64,000 bases of DNA from Felis catus (lineage: Eukaryota). The stretch covers positions 111,290,001 through 111,354,000 of the forward strand of contig NC_058371.1 in NCBI RefSeq assembly GCF_018350175.1, given 5' to 3'. Each line of letters begins with the position of its first letter. Positions within the stretch are counted from its first letter, which is position 1. A model generated the notes under the pieces. That model ran no database searches and had not been told where the DNA came from. It saw nothing but the letters and a program-made list of their open reading frames with translations. Shown in pieces: positions 62,435 through 64,000 of this stretch. The translations under genes and the position numbers were made by a program.

Positions 62435-62641
62435 TTTTTTTTTTTTTTTAGGTTTATTTTGAGAGAGAGAGAGAGTGAGAGAGAGAGAGTGAGCAGGGGA
62501 GGGAGAGAGAGAGAATCCCAAGCTGGCTCTGTACTGTCAGCACAGAACCCTATGCTGGGCTGGAACTCCTAAACCGTGAGATCATGACATGAGCCAAAAT
62601 CAAGACTCTGATGCTTAACTGACTGAGCCACCCAGTCACCC
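62435..62641 (-). mobile_element. Can-SINE, older
   Basis: T tail, (GA)n, actgagccacccagtcaccc end; TSD gaag[a/g]tataggttct. Confidence 0.95.
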
Positions 62642-63597
62642 TGAAGGTATAGGTTCTTTTTTGCTGAGTTTTGTTTACAGAATCATCATGTAGTAGTTTA
62701 TGAAATCATATAGGATAGGTCTATAGAATATCTTTTTAAGAAAAAAAAAAAAAAAGCATAAAAGCCCCGTAGTTCCAGAATTGTGAAGGCACAAAGAAGC
62801 TTTTAAATTTAGCATTACAAAAAAATAGACTTAGGGAACTCATTGGGGGAGAAAAAAAATAGAGAGGTAGATAAAAGAAAAATAAGACAAGTAGCCCTGA
62901 GTCCAATAAATTTTGTTCCTTTTTTGTCTTTGTAATATGCATTTAGAAAAGCATCTGACAACTGAGTGAGAATAACGTGCTCTTTTCAACATTAATACTT
63001 TCTAGAATATTAACATTATAAATTTTGCTGCCAACAGTTCAGAAATCCACAAAATTAAGCTTATATGAATCTCCTTGTTGAAGTGAAGCTACATAAATTA
63101 TAGAAATAAAATTAATTTTGAATAAGTACTATTTTGGTAAAGCTGAGTTTATTCCATTTAGGTTGTTTTTTTCTGCTTAAGGAATGGCATCATGTGGAGG
63201 TTATTAAAGTGAATTTATAAAGAATTATAAAAATATATATTCTATCACTAGTTCTAACTCTCAGCAATCTTTTACTCATTACCTGGAAATGTAACCTGTA
63301 AAGTTCAAAATACCATCTTATACTGCTAGGTCTTATTGTGTTCTTCACCAAAGCTCATGATAATACATGACTGTGATCAAATTTGAGATGGAAACAAATG
63401 TCAGGTGGCGAGAGAGAGAAAGAAAAGGGAGGGAGGGAAGAGAGAAAGGGAGAATAAATAAAAAATGAGATTAAAGGCCCTAATAAATCAATCAGGAGGC
63501 AATATCAGATCTGCCATCTTGAGAAAACTGGGGGGAGCTCTGTTTCCTTCCTAAGAAGAGATTTCTTAGGATCAGTTTCTTATTTTAGTGGGACATT

Positions 63598-64000
63598 ATT
63601 TCTTTTTTATTTTTTATTCAAGTATAGTTAACATACAGTGTTTTTATGGTTTCAGGTGTACAATATAATGATGCAACAATTGTATACACTTCTCAGTACT
63701 TATCAACATAAGTGTGCTCTTAATCCTCTTTATCTACTTCACCCATCCTCCCACCCACCTCCCCTCTGAAAACCATCAATTTGTTCTCTGTATTTGAGTC
63801 TGGCTTTTGTTCTGTTTTGTTTTCCTCTTTTTTTTCTTTGTTTATTTTTTTTGTTTCTTAAATTTCACATTGAGTAAAGTATGATATTTGCTTTTCTCTA
63901 ATTTTACTTAGCATTATATCTTCTAAGTTGATCCACGTTGTTGCAAATGGTAAGATTTCATTCTTTTTTATGGCTGAATAATATTTCAGTTTGTGTGTAT
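63598..64000 (-). mobile_element. Carnivore L1 3' end (L1_Carn-like), runs off window
   Basis: aagtatagttaacatacagtg..tttcaggtgtacaatataatg..cccacctcccctctg..atccacgttgttgcaaatggtaagatttcattctttttatggctgaataatatt. Confidence 0.92.

Noticed and set aside
1-64000. Host gene identity and strand
   Set aside because: No recognisable exon. Five of seven L1 fragments are on the minus strand, weakly hinting at a plus-strand host, but that is too few to conclude.

Overview
This is AT-rich, CpG-poor mammalian non-coding DNA (deep intronic or intergenic) from a felid, judged by about 19 Can-SINEs, several matching the cat SINEC_Fc pattern, and a felid-type L1 3' end. I find no credible protein-coding exon. 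The supplied ORFs are chance frames, SINE or L1 read-throughs, or frames spanning N gaps. The window is a layered transposon record: ancient MIR, L2, L3/CR1, MER5A, MER94, Tigger2, MLT1/MLT2, LTR16, MER21 and old L1, overlaid by carnivore SINEs and L1, many with readable target-site duplications (TSDs). There are 8 N runs. Family names come from recalled consensus sequences, not from a database search. I cannot demonstrate a new biological system. Best leads: (1) a 367-bp CpG-rich, non-repeat insertion with a poly(A) tail and perfect 19-bp TSD at 44009-44375, about 250 bp from (2) a tailless 35-nt U2 snRNA retropseudogene; (3) a ~305-bp dispersed duplication that preserves the empty site of a later SINE insertion; (4) a probable ancient non-autonomous Helitron at 59256-59496; (5) a nested palindrome and inverted-repeat structure around a (TA)n tract; (6) a candidate 66-nt exon with stop codons in all frames.
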